DNA of 64,000 bases, from assembly GCA_951406725.2 (NCBI GenBank), contig OX597818.1, positions 4,588,001 to 4,652,000 on the forward strand. Direction: 5' to 3'. Shown here piece by piece: positions 37,508-51,718 of the stretch; positions within the stretch are counted from its first letter, which is position 1; every line of letters begins with the position of its first letter. Origin of the DNA: Octopus vulgaris. Lineage: Eukaryota. Made by a program: the position numbers and the translations under genes. Below the pieces are notes generated by a model, which saw only the letters and a list, made by a program, of their open reading frames with translations, searched no databases and was not told the origin of the DNA.

Positions 37508-37763
37508 AGAGAGAGAGAGAGAGTTAGAGAGAGAGAGATTGAGAGAGAGATAGAGAGAGACAGACTGCCTGAAAACGATGGAAATATTTACCTATTCAAA
37601 GACTATGAAAATATCTATAAAACATGTCACATAATTTTTTTCTCCAACTTAATTGTTTTTATTTTACTCTTAGTTGAAAAGTCTAAAATGACAGAAACCG
37701 GTACTACAATGTACTTCATGATAAAATTATTTTAGCATTTTCTAACTTGTCTTATTTTCCTTA
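35618..37763 (+). mobile_element. Penelope-like element: 5'-truncated RT/GIY-YIG ORF between inverted pseudo-LTRs
   Basis: LPFLDIFI..IETDIYYKSTD..QYLLFNSRH, FTCASENLIYVLICSGCQEQYI and RISKEEYFITKFKPLLN. 35618-36173 is the reverse complement of 37109-37763. Confidence 0.92.
37671..37706 (+). ncRNA. minimal hammerhead motif, U3:A8 variant, in the PLE pseudo-LTR (mirror copy 35674-35712, minus)
   Basis: tag-TTGAAAA-gtc(taaaat)gac-a-GAAA-CCGG-TA-cta. The mirror copy has a ttag/ctaa stem I. Confidence 0.65.
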
Positions 37764-38204
37764 TACATATAAACTTGCGTGTAACTTTTCTACCTTCTAC
37801 GAACACACACATATATTCTATCTGTATACCCACATGTATACACAGATACACGCATATACCCGCACGTATACATTCATCCGCACATACACAGAGGTACATG
37901 CATACATACACATATACACATATATACATACACATATATATGCGTGCACACAGACGCACACACATACATATACAAATATATATGTGTGTGTGTGTGTGTG
38001 TGTCAATATACATACACACACACACACATATATATATATATTTCAGCATGCATATACACACACAATTTCGTACCTACGCATACATACATACATACATACA
38101 TACATACATACATACATACATACGTACGTACGTACATACATACATACATAAATACATACATACAGACAGGCAGACATACGCATATACACAGATATATATA
38201 CACA

Positions 38205-39169
38205 CGTGCAGGTGAGTATCCATGCACGCTCTTGTACTCATGTGCATCTGCTGTCTGCTTCTTAAGCAGAGTTTGATCACCTCCTGTACCTACACCTAAG
38301 AACCATCTTGGCATCTGATGTGCGATTTGGATCACCAAGAACTGCAGATAAGTTCTGATCTTTGTGGATCTTAAAATGTCTTTTGAGGCCTCCGTTTGAT
38401 TTGTAAACCTTCTGACATACATTGCATTCAAAGGTGTGCACAGACATACAGGCAGAGTAGTTGGTAGAGGTTCGTTTTCCATGGGTTCGCAAATGAGATT
38501 TGAGCCCAGCAAAAGAAAGGCATGGTCTATCACAAACTGTTCACACGAAAAGGTCATTGGGATTCACCTTCTCGATCGTAACATTCTTCCTTAAATCTTT
38601 CTTTGAGTCTTGTATGCGTTATCCTGGTCTCTTCAAACGCTTTCATTCCACTTCACACTTTTGTTCGCCATCCAGCTCGATCTGAAGCAAGAGTTTCTGT
38701 CCTCTCGATCCATTTCAAGTGACTTCATAATAGTCCTTACGCTGTCCTTAAACCTTTTTTAGGTGTACGCCGATAGCGTTTCTGCTCTGCATGCTCACCA
38801 TAAAGCAGCTGTTTGGGCATGCGTTCATCCGCCATTCGAACCAAATGGCCACACCATCTCATTTGGTTTCTTAAAAGCATCGCTTTAATTGAGGTGATTC
38901 CTGCAGATGCAAGGACATCTGTGTTTGGAGTAAAAGAACTCCATTTAATATTTAAAATGCGATGAAGGCATTTTTTGGTGGATTTGCTCTAACAATTTAA
39001 AATGCCTTTCATAACAAGTTCATGTTTTACAAGAATGCAACAGAGATGGTAAGACAAATGATAAGAGCCAGCTTTGTATTGTTATTCATATGTCACTGGC
39101 ACCAAACGCGTGACTCCAAGCCACCAAATGCTTTTGCTGCCCTTTGAATTCGCAGATGTATTTTTCATT

Positions 39170-39170
<1 letters not shown>
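38205..39170 (-). mobile_element. RTE-clade LINE 3' part with C-terminal C2H2 finger
   Basis: QMRWCGHLVRMADERMPKQLLYGE and FECNVCQKVYKSNGGLKRHFKIH. Confidence 0.85.
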
Positions 39171-41189
<2,019 letters not shown>

Positions 41190-41241
41190 TGATTGATTGA
41201 TTCCAGTTCCAGCCTATGAGCTGTGGCCATGCTGGGGCACC

Positions 41242-41283
<42 letters not shown>

Positions 41284-41353
41284 TGTGTGAAATTTGATTT
41301 AGTATTTCTAAATTGAATTTTTCACTGTAAGTTAGGATTAATATTCCCTCAAA

Positions 41354-41392
<39 letters not shown>

Positions 41393-41397
<5 letters not shown>

Positions 41398-42860
41398 AAT
41401 TAGAGTATCTACGAGATACCACCATGCTGAAAATAGCAGCCATGATCTGACTTTAAAACCACCTAAATTGTCCGTATATCAACACGGAGAGAAAACAAAG
41501 AGACAGGATGAAACAAGTAAAAAATTACTGATAATTCTAGATCCGGATTTCTGACTTTGCATTTATGAATGCTTTGCCTCGTCAGTAGAATACACACAGA
41601 AGATAAACATAAATGCATATATATATATATATAATTATAACATACGAATACTTACATATACGAACGTATACCTACATATATATGCACGTATGCATCATAG
41701 CCAGTTCAAAATACCCACCGCTTAATTCCATGTGAGATATGGTCAAAATATCGCCGCAGTAAATACAGTGACGAAATGAATTTAAATTTATATAAATAAG
41801 GATAAGGTATCTCGTAGATACCCTAATTTATAACTTTAATAATTATTACCTTTGAAGGTCATTCTTTCCATGCTGACCACTTGATAAAATCGTTATTTTA
41901 TTTTTAAATTAACTATCTTATCCTTTTTTTATATAAATTTAAATTAAAATTTTAATTTTAAAATTTTAGCAGCAATATTTTAAGCTCTAATTTCTACTTT
42001 TCCAGGTTTAATTGTTAAGAATATTGTTAGTATGTGTCTGCATTTTTAATTGGCTAGTATTAAATATTATTAGTAGTTAAGTAAATATTTGGGAAGGGGA
42101 GGGTTACATTAGTGGAATTAAATTATCAAAGGGTTTATTCAACTTCATTAGTGAGAGACACATCTTTATGTCAAACAGTTATTAATGTTGCCAAGTGTGT
42201 ATGTTCAAAGGTTATTAAATGTTTACTAAGAACACGTAAAGGTGGTTATGTGAGGCAATAATAATTCTAGATGCAATGGTTATAGTCATTATTATTAGTA
42301 GAAATATAGTTAAGTAAAAATTTGGGAGGAAGAGAATTATATTATCGGAATTAAAGCTTCAAAGGGTTTATAGAAATTCTTCAGTGAGAGGCACATCTTA
42401 ATGTCAAACGGTTATTAATGTTATGTATTATATTATGTTATGTTATATAGTGTAGTTATACTATTCTATGATTTAATTGTGTATTTATTAATTACTTAAA
42501 TTTAGCCAACACATATTTTCCTGCATGAATACAAGAATTATTTTTCTCGTTTCGTAAGTTAAGTAGGGCATACTTAGAAGTAAGAACTTTTGAAGGCTTC
42601 TTCGATACATAGATTGCATTTCTTGTTATTAATTTTATAAGCCATTGCAGAAGCAATAATGTCCCATTTAATTTCAAATTGAATGTTTTTATCCTTCAAT
42701 TCCCATATAAATTTGCTTAATCCGGTGGAGTTGATTTTCTGTTTATTTTTAAAAGAGTGGAGATGGTTAGCCACGCGGGGTCTTTTCTTTATTTTCGGCA
42801 GACCCAATATAGAAATATTTTTACAAGAGTTTCAACTGTGCATTGATAAGCGCAAGGGAT
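41393..42860 (-). mobile_element. Penelope-like element 3' remnant (GIY-YIG C-terminus plus rearranged pseudo-LTR)
   Basis: ANHLHSFKN..STGLSKFIWELKD..IKWDII..KCNLCIEE..LLNLRNE..SCIH. Inverted repeats at 41393-41420/41806-41833 and 41781-41806/41917-41943. Tandem 42075-42190/42308-42422. Confidence 0.75.
41534..41591 (-). ncRNA. well-preserved type I hammerhead motif
   Basis: attcta-CTGACGA-ggc.aaa.gcatt(cata)aatgc.aaa.gtc-a-GAAA-TCCGGA-TC-tagaat, with a 6-bp stem I, palindromic ATCCGGAT and an AUC site. Confidence 0.8.
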
Positions 42861-43699
42861 TGTCTCCCTTAGACCGCTATTCGGAATCTACACACACAGA
42901 CACATTCTATATGTTGGGAATTTACTAACTCAAAGGTCCTGTCAAATAGTATTTGATCATCCTGTCAGCACTCCATCTATATATTCTGTTGATCAAAACA
43001 TGCATTAATGTCAGTAGAAATTCCATTTGCTATCATTTTGAGTCTGTAACTTTGAGCAATATCATCTAAGTTTTTTCTTTCTATTTCACCTACCACACCT
43101 GGTGCTGTTATTAATTGTGTCTCTTGATGATTTCAAGTTCAAGGTCAGACAACCATCTACTCTCTTGAATTGCTCTTATCTCGTCACAAATCCTCTTTGT
43201 TCACTATACATTCTCTGCCGATAAACTCTTACTAGAATTCCATTTTCCTTAACCAAGTTGCTCAAATAGCAGCACTCCATAAAAACAGTGTTTACCTATT
43301 TATTTCAACTCTATTGCTTTTCAGGGCTAGCGGTAACTGGATTATGATCAGATCTGCACTTCTGCACAGTGGGGTACTTGTTAGATGAAACATCTTCACC
43401 TCCGGTTCCAATAACATTTATGCTGTTACTTGAATTATTTGCTTCATTCTCTTAAAGAGCTTTTCTTCCTATGAGTTTTACTTCCTGTCACCAGAAGGGC
43501 ACCGAGTAAGGCTAAAGACTCCTTCCTGGAAATGAGACTTGCCTTAATCTTGCCAGATGCCAGCACGGTATTTTATGGTCATGGGGTAAATTATTATTAT
43601 TATTATTATTATTATTCACATACACACAACAGATTAAACTGTTGGAAAAGAAAAGAAAATTCCTAACATCGGGCTACAACAGAGTAACCTTAGATGTTA

Positions 43700-45200
43700 G
43701 GAACCCTCCTAAGCATCCAAGCTGTCCCTAATAACACTGTTTCCTGGAGCTATACTAAACTGAGTTTTATGCCTATTTCCTCTATCCATCTGTTCAGATC
43801 TTTAGGGATAGTTCCCAATGCACCTATAACTACTGGAATACACTTTACCCGCACTTTTCATAGTATTTCAATGGCTAGGTCCTGGTACTTTGCTATTTTC
43901 TCTATACCTCTCCTATTGATTTTTTCATCATTTGGGACTGTAAAGTCAGTTATCTGGCATTGTCTATTCTCTTTGTTTATGACAACTAAATCAGGCCACC
44001 TAGCTTCTATTACTCTGTTAAAGTCCCACAGCATCTTATATTTCTGAATGTTAAAGTCCCACAACATCTTATATTTCTGAATGTTAAAGTCCCACAACAT
44101 CTTATATTTTTTACTTTCTAGTACTTTGCTAGATTTATGTTCATATCATTTATGAATATGTTCAAATCCTAGCTTTCTGCATAACTCCTTAGGTTGTCAT
44201 GTCTTTTCTTGTATTCTTTCTGTGCCAGCATGCTACATTCACTTCCTATATGAGTAACAGTTTACTCTTTTGATTTGCATTACTTACACTGGGAATCTAC
44301 TTGGTTTTTGTCTATCTTGGCTTGTATCAAATTAGTTCTTAATGCTTGATTTTATACTGCTACTAGCAAACTTTCTATCTCCCTTTTCCTTTCTTTCTAC
44401 AACCATAACCATGTCTCACTACTATTATTTGCTGCAACTATCTTTTGGAATCTACCATGCAAAGCTTTCACCTGCCAGTCAGATAACCTCTATTCTTTTT
44501 TCTGGTTTTAAACTTCCCTAAGTCTTACTGTGACTCTAGCAGCTTTTAATAAACTTTCTTCACTATTACCTGCATAGGAGATTATATCACTCAAGCTAAC
44601 TTCACACAGTCTTCTACTGATATTAACCCTCTTCCACTTTTCTTTCTATGTAAGTATAATCTTGCTATTCCTGATCTTGGGTGGAGTTCTCCATTCATAT
44701 TGAATTCCTTCTTAGTTCTTCTGTCTAGCTTTGCTAATTCAGTTTTTGTCCAATCTACAAAAGCTACTGAGTATCTGAGTAATGATACTGCCCAGGTATT
44801 TGATAAACTTGAAATCTATCACGCTCCAGCCTTCACTAGATTCAGACCATTTATCTTTGACTTCATTAGCTTCCTCACCCTTCTGATGTACTCCTCAATT
44901 TTCGTTTTCATTTTTATAGTTAGTACTCTGTCAGATTCTAATATGGCTAGATACTTAACCCTAACCCTAACCCTTCTTTTAATGATTTTAATGTGTGGCC
45001 ATCTGGTAATTGGATGCCTTCACTGTTGACTACCTGTCCCCTTTTCATCACTAACATTGTACACTTATCTATGCCAAATTCAATGCCTATGTCTTTGTTG
45101 AAGAGTCTTACAATCTGTATTAAGTAATCTATCTCTTTTTCATTCTTACTAAAAATCTTTAGATCATCTATGTCTAATAAGTGGTTAATTTTTCCATGTT
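43700..45200 (-). mobile_element. R4/Dong-type LINE 3' half, same family as 12780-16047
   Basis: KINHLLDIDDLKIF...FGIDKC and ARWPDLVVINKENRQCQITDFTVP..EKIAKYQDL. A 33-bp triplication lies at about 44017-44110. Confidence 0.9.
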
Positions 45201-46274
45201 GGCATGCTTCTCCAAGTGCCGAGTCACAAGTCCACTGATTTATCTGTTTTGTGTTTGACAAAATAATTTTTTTAGCAAGCGGGGCCTCATATCAGTGAGG
45301 GGGGCCGGTGCGCATTGATGCCGTCGAGAGGTAGGCCCCGAAACGGCGCGCATTCTCTCCTGATGACCCCATACACTTGCTGGCTTCCGGTATACGGAGC
45401 TTTTGACTGGTAGCACTTGCATGTGCAAGTTGTTTGCAAGACATATATAATGAAAGGTAATCAAAATATGTTTTTACTATACAATATCATATAGTGCTAC
45501 TGAATCCAAAGACCTAGTATTCAGTAACGCAAAAGTACTGATGAAATAAAACAGCGAAGAATATGTTGTTCTGGTTAACGATGACTAAACCAAAATATAA
45601 TAGAAGGTTTTCCAGTCGTGACCATCCAAACTTTTATCGGTATCTGGGATTACATTATCTACTGTATCGTTACTGTTTTCAATAGTATGAGGGAGATGTC
45701 AGTACAAAAATTAGAATGTTGTGCAACTGCATACATTCGTTAAAAGATACATTTTTTGGGTACAAATTTGATAAACTTGAAATTTATCACGCTCCAGTCG
45801 TGATCCGGTTGTCTTTTTTTTAATACATGAAGCATCGTTGTTGACCAAGTACGTCTGAGTAATAGCAATATACAAACCAATACAGAAAAAAAAAACTCCC
45901 CCAAAATTCAAGAAATCTAATCAGCGTACTATCTAAGGGAAATAACTGGCAAAAGACACTAACAGAATTCCAGGGAGATGACTCTACATTTTGAAAGTGC
46001 AAGTGAATTATAACAGGAGAAAAAAAAAACGGGCAAGGGAGTGGGGCGACTGATTTCAACCTTTCTCTTGAACCAGTTTTCTTCTACTCCATGCACACCA
46101 AAAACTGGAATTTTTTTGTTGTACTTTCTTTTATTAATCTGAAAACAATCTTTCTTTACATGGTCGGTAACCATCTTAATTTCCTTAAACATTGTCAACC
46201 CTTTTCAGGGATGTGAAACTACAATATATGGGGGGACTTTCATTAACTAACATCTACATAATTTTATCTATCGT

Positions 46275-46626
46275 ATCTTTTACTTGTTTCAGTCATTGGA
46301 TTGTGACCATGCTGGGACACTGTCTTGCAGAGTTTTAGTTGAACAAATCAACACCGGTACTTATTCTACTGGGCTCTTTTGCTGACCTGTTAAATTATGG
46401 GGACGTATTCAACTCTGGTTGTCAAGCGGTGGTGGTGGTGGGGGGACATCCATACATACATACATATCAACTTGATAGGCTTCTTTCAGTTTTTATCCAC
46501 CAGATCTGCTCACAAGGCTTTGTTCAGTCCTGGGGCTGTAGTCTTTTGCTCAAGATATCATGCAGTGGGGTTGAACCTAGAGTTATGTGGTTGGGAAGCA
46601 AACTTCTTACCACAGAGCCTGTGCCT
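46275..46626 (-). mobile_element. SINE family A, decayed
   Basis: Colinear with the reverse complement of 34805-35214. Confidence 0.8.
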
Positions 46627-47253
46627 GTATCATAAATATCAATTATATAATGGGTGGAAGAGTAGCACCCGCCTCAGTGTATATGTTGAATTGGTTTGAA
46701 ACTTTTGAGAGAAACCAAATTCAACAAGGTGCGATAAAGGAAAAACAGTAAAGTACAATGTGCTTTTATCCCAGTATAATGGATATATTTTAGCAGTGTC
46801 ATGACTTTTTTATATATTGTTTTGCATTTTTAAAAGTTGCTTGAAGTATTTCATCACTGTAATTCTATCAGATTCTCCTACAAACAAATATCTGCATTTG
46901 TAACATTAACTTCAAACAGTATATTTAGCTTGAGTAGGTCACTAAACTGAGTTGTGCAAAGTTTTTAAATGCTCAGAATGCAATACAAAGTCATCATTGC
47001 ATAGATCATTGCATATTGATTTTAAACTGGGTAATTATAATAATGCATGATGTACAGTATTCATTTTGTAGAACTGTATTTTCCCTAGAAAAGAATAATT
47101 CCTTTGGAGGATATGAGATCACACTTTTCCTCTTGAAGCTGTTTATTAAGTAAATTGATTCTATCAAATATGTCTGATAAGTAAAGTATATCATTTTACA
47201 GCAGCCATTTGTTGGCTGAGATGGTTGTTAACCAGAAATTAGATAATAGTGTG

Positions 47254-47880
47254 TCAAAGTGCAACAAAACGATATTGACAATTACCTTTACATAACAATC
47301 TCACCTTTGTATGAATTATAAGGCATCCAAACTTTTCTTTATTTTGATTACAGAGTTCATGGAAGATGCAGTGATGTAAAGAATTTGATTTAATATGGTT
47401 AACGACTTTTATTACAATATTAAGAGCATTGTGTAGACGACCACTTAATTCTTTTGCAATTAAGTGTTGTTGGTGTATCACACAGTGTATGCAAAATACT
47501 TTAGGCACAGCATTTCTTTAAATTATGCAATGAAACCTCTGTGTTTGCTTGTCATGGGTGGAACACAATTATTAGGACAAGTGATCTTTGAGTGGAATAT
47601 TGTTTACCTCAAAGTAAGTGGCAACTTCTTTGAAAATTGTTTTGCCTTTAGTGTCTGTTTTAAAACTTCTGGCGAAAAACATTTCCTTTCTGAGTCTATT
47701 ATCATCCCAAAATTGAACATATGCCAATAAAATAGCTGTATTATATTTCAGGGTAGATTCATCAAGTTGAAAGGAAAATTGTTTTGCATGCAATTTACTT
47801 TTTTATATTTTCAGCTATTTCATCAATGTTCCATGGCAGTAACAAGTTGTTTAAAAGAATGAAACTAGTAATTTCACCAG
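47254..47880 (-). mobile_element. hAT (Charlie/Buster-like) transposase remnant
   Basis: FSFQLDEST..AILLAYVQF, HCVIHQQHL and HTKVRLLCKG. Confidence 0.85.
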
Positions 47881-47889
47881 CATTTTGTT

Positions 47890-48240
47890 TCATAACTGAC
47901 GAAATTAAAACAGATTCAACTGGCAAAATTTGATGAAGTTACATAATTTATCAAACTCAATAAGTTGTTATTCACCTGTTTCAAAGTTATCTGAGCAGTT
48001 GGTGTCTTTCTCTACTGCACCCCACACATAGTAATCAATGGGTGAATTAGGAGGCCAGAAATTGGGGCTGGTGAAATCATAGAAATTCTCCAACAACTAC
48101 TCTTTCTTGAGGTGTGGCAAGGCACTGAATCCTGCAGCCACACATATGGCCATCCAGCAACAACTGTCTCCAGTTGGGTTAGACCAAAGTCTCATGCAGC
48201 TTCACATAACCATCTGAATTGAGCCTAATTCTCTATCCAG
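47890..48240 (-). mobile_element. Tc1/mariner-superfamily (maT-like) transposase 3' remnant
   Basis: PYVWLQDSVPCHTS...FWPPNSP...DYYVWGAVE. Confidence 0.7.
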
Positions 48241-48610
48241 TTTATCATTAATTAAACAATATCTATTTCCAGTACAACACAGCATTAATCCAAAATACTC
48301 TCCTTTGATTTTTCCATACTATAGAAAAAATGTGTTTACATTCTTATTTCACTCCTTATCAGCCTACTATCTATTAGGGGAGAATTCACAAAAAAAACAA
48401 AAGACGAAGACAGGTAGTGTAGATAACAAACAGATGTATTCATTTAACACTCGGGAAGTGAAAATGTCTTTTACGCTTCAAGCCTATGCTCTTCCACAGA
48501 AAGGAACACAGAAAGAAACAAGGAGAGAAAATAAAGAATGTGTAGTGGCTAGCGATCTACTATATTTATTAGCTATCTTTGAGTAAACTGTTATTTCCCA
48601 GCCATAATAT

Positions 48611-48991
48611 ATTCTTTTATTCTTTTACTTGTTTCAGTCATTTGACTGTAGCCATGCTGGAGCATTGCCTTTAGCCAAGCAAATCGACCCCAGGACTTAT
48701 TCTTTGTAAGCCTAGTGCTTAGTCTATTAGTCTCTTTTGCTGAAACGTTTTTACAGGAGATGTAAACACACCAGCATCAAGCGATGTTGGGGGGACAAGC
48801 ACAGACACACAAACACACACACATACATACATACAATGGGCTTCTTTCAGTTTCCATCTACCAAATCCACTCACAAGGCTTTGGTCAGTCCGAGGCGATA
48901 GTAGAAGACATTTGCCCAAGGTGCTATGCAGTGGGACTGAACCCAGAACCATGTAACTGGTAAGCAAGCTACTTACCACACAGCCACTCCT
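48611..48991 (-). mobile_element. SINE family A, near full length
   Basis: Colinear with the reverse complement of 34805-35214. Confidence 0.9.
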
Positions 48992-49539
48992 AGTTGATAT
49001 TTGAAAAAATTTTATATTACTTTTATTTTTTGATGGGATATTGTATTCTGTTTTCACTTAATGCAAACTGTCAAATTTAGTTCAAACACTTTGTATATTC
49101 TATCTTGTAATTGAGTTTAATGTAAGAAGCTGAAAGCAAGTTAATAATAGGAATAGGTATATATAGGCTTTAACTATTACTAAATCTTAAAATTAGGGTG
49201 GGTGTAGTTCTGGTTATTAATTCCATGAGAGAAGAGCAAGATGACACAAGAAAAAGAAATGAGCTGCTGAGTACATTAGCACTGTATTAGTTAATTCTCT
49301 AACAGTTGGGTTTATCATTTGGGATTAAAATATGTTAACTAAATTATATACATGTATCTGCAGGTGTAAAATATTTAATATCACCCCAAGAAATAAGTGA
49401 GATCAGATGCTAAAGTTAAGAGTTGTTAAAAAATGTATCCAATGAGAGGATCTGGATCTCTATTGAAAGTTAGAGATAGAAGGATAGTTTGAACTTTGTG
49501 AACATATCTACCATATAATCATAGTCATGCTTGATGTTT

Positions 49540-49990
49540 CTTGGCAAAGAACAGAATAAGAGACTTGTATGAATTCATCATTCTCTGTATAAAGTTGTCA
49601 AAACATTGGGGATTTGAGACCATGTGCCTTGACTTTATTTATTACTGTGATAACAGTGTTCAACAAATTGTTAAGTCTACCACTTAGGTTATTCAAAACC
49701 AGAGATTACCTGTAGATCATAGAGAGAACTGCAAACGTGCTAGGTATAACTTTTTCAATAAATTGATGAAGCAGTGATGACAACCAATCATTGATGGTGT
49801 CCCATCAATTGCTCAAACATGAAATATTGACTCCTCTTTTATATCTATTTCTAGTTGTCTTATTAATAATAGCTCTTGAACCAAACATTAATATTTAACA
49901 AAGCAAACATAAGCAAGAAACAGACTTTTATTGCTTGGCAGAGAAGACTCATCTAACTGTAAAGAAAGTTTGGTTATTCAAAGTATGTTG
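49540..49990 (-). mobile_element. second, older hAT (Charlie-like) remnant
   Basis: LSLQLDESS..LAYV, IDGTPSMIG and NLSGRLNNLLNTVITVINKVK parallel 47254-47793. Confidence 0.7.
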
Positions 49991-50937
49991 TACAATATAC
50001 CTTCAAAGTTATATAGTATTTCACATTTTGAAACACATGTAATACACATTTTTAGAGAAAAAATTTCACGCTTCCACATCATCATTTTAATTTTCATAAT
50101 TAAAATCCAAAAAGAAAAAAATACCTAAGGAATTCTGATTTATGCATGATAGCTTTTCCAAATTTTTTTCTGAAAAAGTACGGATTATAAATGTTTCAAG
50201 AAAAATAAAAAAAGAAAGTGGTGCCTTGTATTCTGAAAGTACCATGAAAGGATTTAAAACAGCATGGATTAAAATGTTTTAAAGAAAGTTCTCCCATAAG
50301 AGTTTTGAAATGTGAGGTACTAAACAATGTGAAAAACCCTGAAAAAAAAAAAATCCTGGAGAAATTCTGATTTCTGTGAGACAGCTATTCTGAAAGTCTA
50401 AAAATATTATAAATTCACAATGATAAAGTTTCTAAAATATAAATTTGAAAAAATATGGTAAACTGGAAAAAAAAAAATTAAAATTGGGCTGGTTAAATGG
50501 TGAGCTTCAGTTAGAATTCCTCTCTTATGATATCCACCAATTCTAAAAAAATTATTAATTATAATAATTTATATTTATAATAACTGTTATTTTAACCAAT
50601 GTATGAATATGCTAGGTCAGACCTATTATTTAAAACAAATGTAAAGAGATAAATTCTGAAGTGTGTCTGACACTGAAAATTTAAAAATTTATAAAATTAT
50701 TAGAAACCAATTTAAGTAAGATCACTAACACTAATATTGCATTCATAAAAATGTGTTAAAATGATAGTACAGTTCTTTACTTAGAGCAAAATTTAAAATA
50801 CCAAATTAGAGATGACATGAGGAAATTTTTACCTTTGCTTTAAAATTACATGCTCAAGATAATAACTGTGCAAAGTCAAAATTGTAGTTGTCAAAAAGAA
50901 AAAAAATGATTTGTTAAATGAATCTTTGTGTGTGTGT

Positions 50938-51015
<78 letters not shown>

Positions 51016-51017
<2 letters not shown>

Positions 51018-51411
51018 CCAAACTGAGGGAGTGGAATAGGTAAAATCCAGACTGTATATGTTTCCTAGCTAGCAGATCCTCTGATGTAACAATTACTCAA
51101 TGGGGGGTACTCAGCTGCCTGCTCATCAGGCTGAAAATACCCTAATTATATGAAGGTTACATTTTGCTGTTAAGAAATCCTAAGTTAACTCCCTGAAAAT
51201 ATAATTTAAAATGATATCTTTTTTGTTTTCAAATTATAGCTTCAGTGAAATAACTTGGGATTCCTTGACAACAATATCTCCTTCGTATAATTAAGGTATT
51301 ATGAGTTGCTAGCTGAGTACCTCTCATGTAGGAATTATTACATTTGAGATTCTGCTAGCTAGGAAACATATGTCGCCTGAATTTTATCAGCTCCACTTCC
51401 TCAATCTGGAT
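51016..51411. mobile_element. ~400-bp fold-back MITE-like element
   Basis: Imperfect end-to-end palindrome, for example atatgtttcctagctagcaga/tctgctagctaggaaacatat, ggtactcagct/agctgagtacc and taattatatgaagg/ccttcgtataatta. Confidence 0.8.
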
Positions 51412-51430
51412 TTTTATTCACATGTGGTGA

Positions 51431-51507
51431 GCCCACATAGCTCAGTTGGTAGAGCATCAGACTCTTATGTAGTTGAGTGATGAAATCTGAGGGTCTCTCT
51501 GTGGGCA
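51431..51507 (+). pseudogene. tRNA-Lys(CTT)-like pseudogene or SINE head with a 17-nt intron-like insert and no T-arm
   Basis: gcccacatagctcagttggtagagcatcagact-CTT-a[tgtagttgagtgatgaa]atctgagggtc..gtgggca. The acceptor, D and anticodon stems pair. Confidence 0.6.
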
Positions 51508-51544
51508 ATAACAATTTTCATAGCTGTGACAGATACTGGAGTCA

Positions 51545-51718
51545 CACAACTGGCAGCCTTGCTGGTGGCACATAGAAGAACCCTTTACACTCATTAGGAA
51601 GAGTATCCAGCCATGCCAAATTAGACTGAAGTCTGTTTAGCCTCTCAGCGTACGAGTCCAGGTCAAACCATCCAACCCATGCCAACATGGACAACAGACG
51701 TTAAATGATGATGATGAT
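51545..51718 (+). mobile_element. RTE-type 3' tail repeat; related minus copies at 56548-56830, 60585-60755 and 63418-63975
   Basis: Shared ccaacccatgc.agcatgga.a.cggacgttaaa(tga)n terminus. Confidence 0.7.

Noticed and set aside
37566-37595. CTGAAAA-cgatg-GAAATATTTA, a possible second HHR in the pLTR
   Set aside because: C3/A8 mismatch, no stem I and a negligible stem II.
38277-38492. C2H2 zinc finger suggesting a host ZNF gene
   Set aside because: It is a single finger at the end of a decayed RTE ORF, with no tandem fingers or TGEKP linkers.
45959-46198. 79-aa minus-strand ORF in unique DNA
   Set aside because: No recognisable motif and weak splice signals; compatible with chance.
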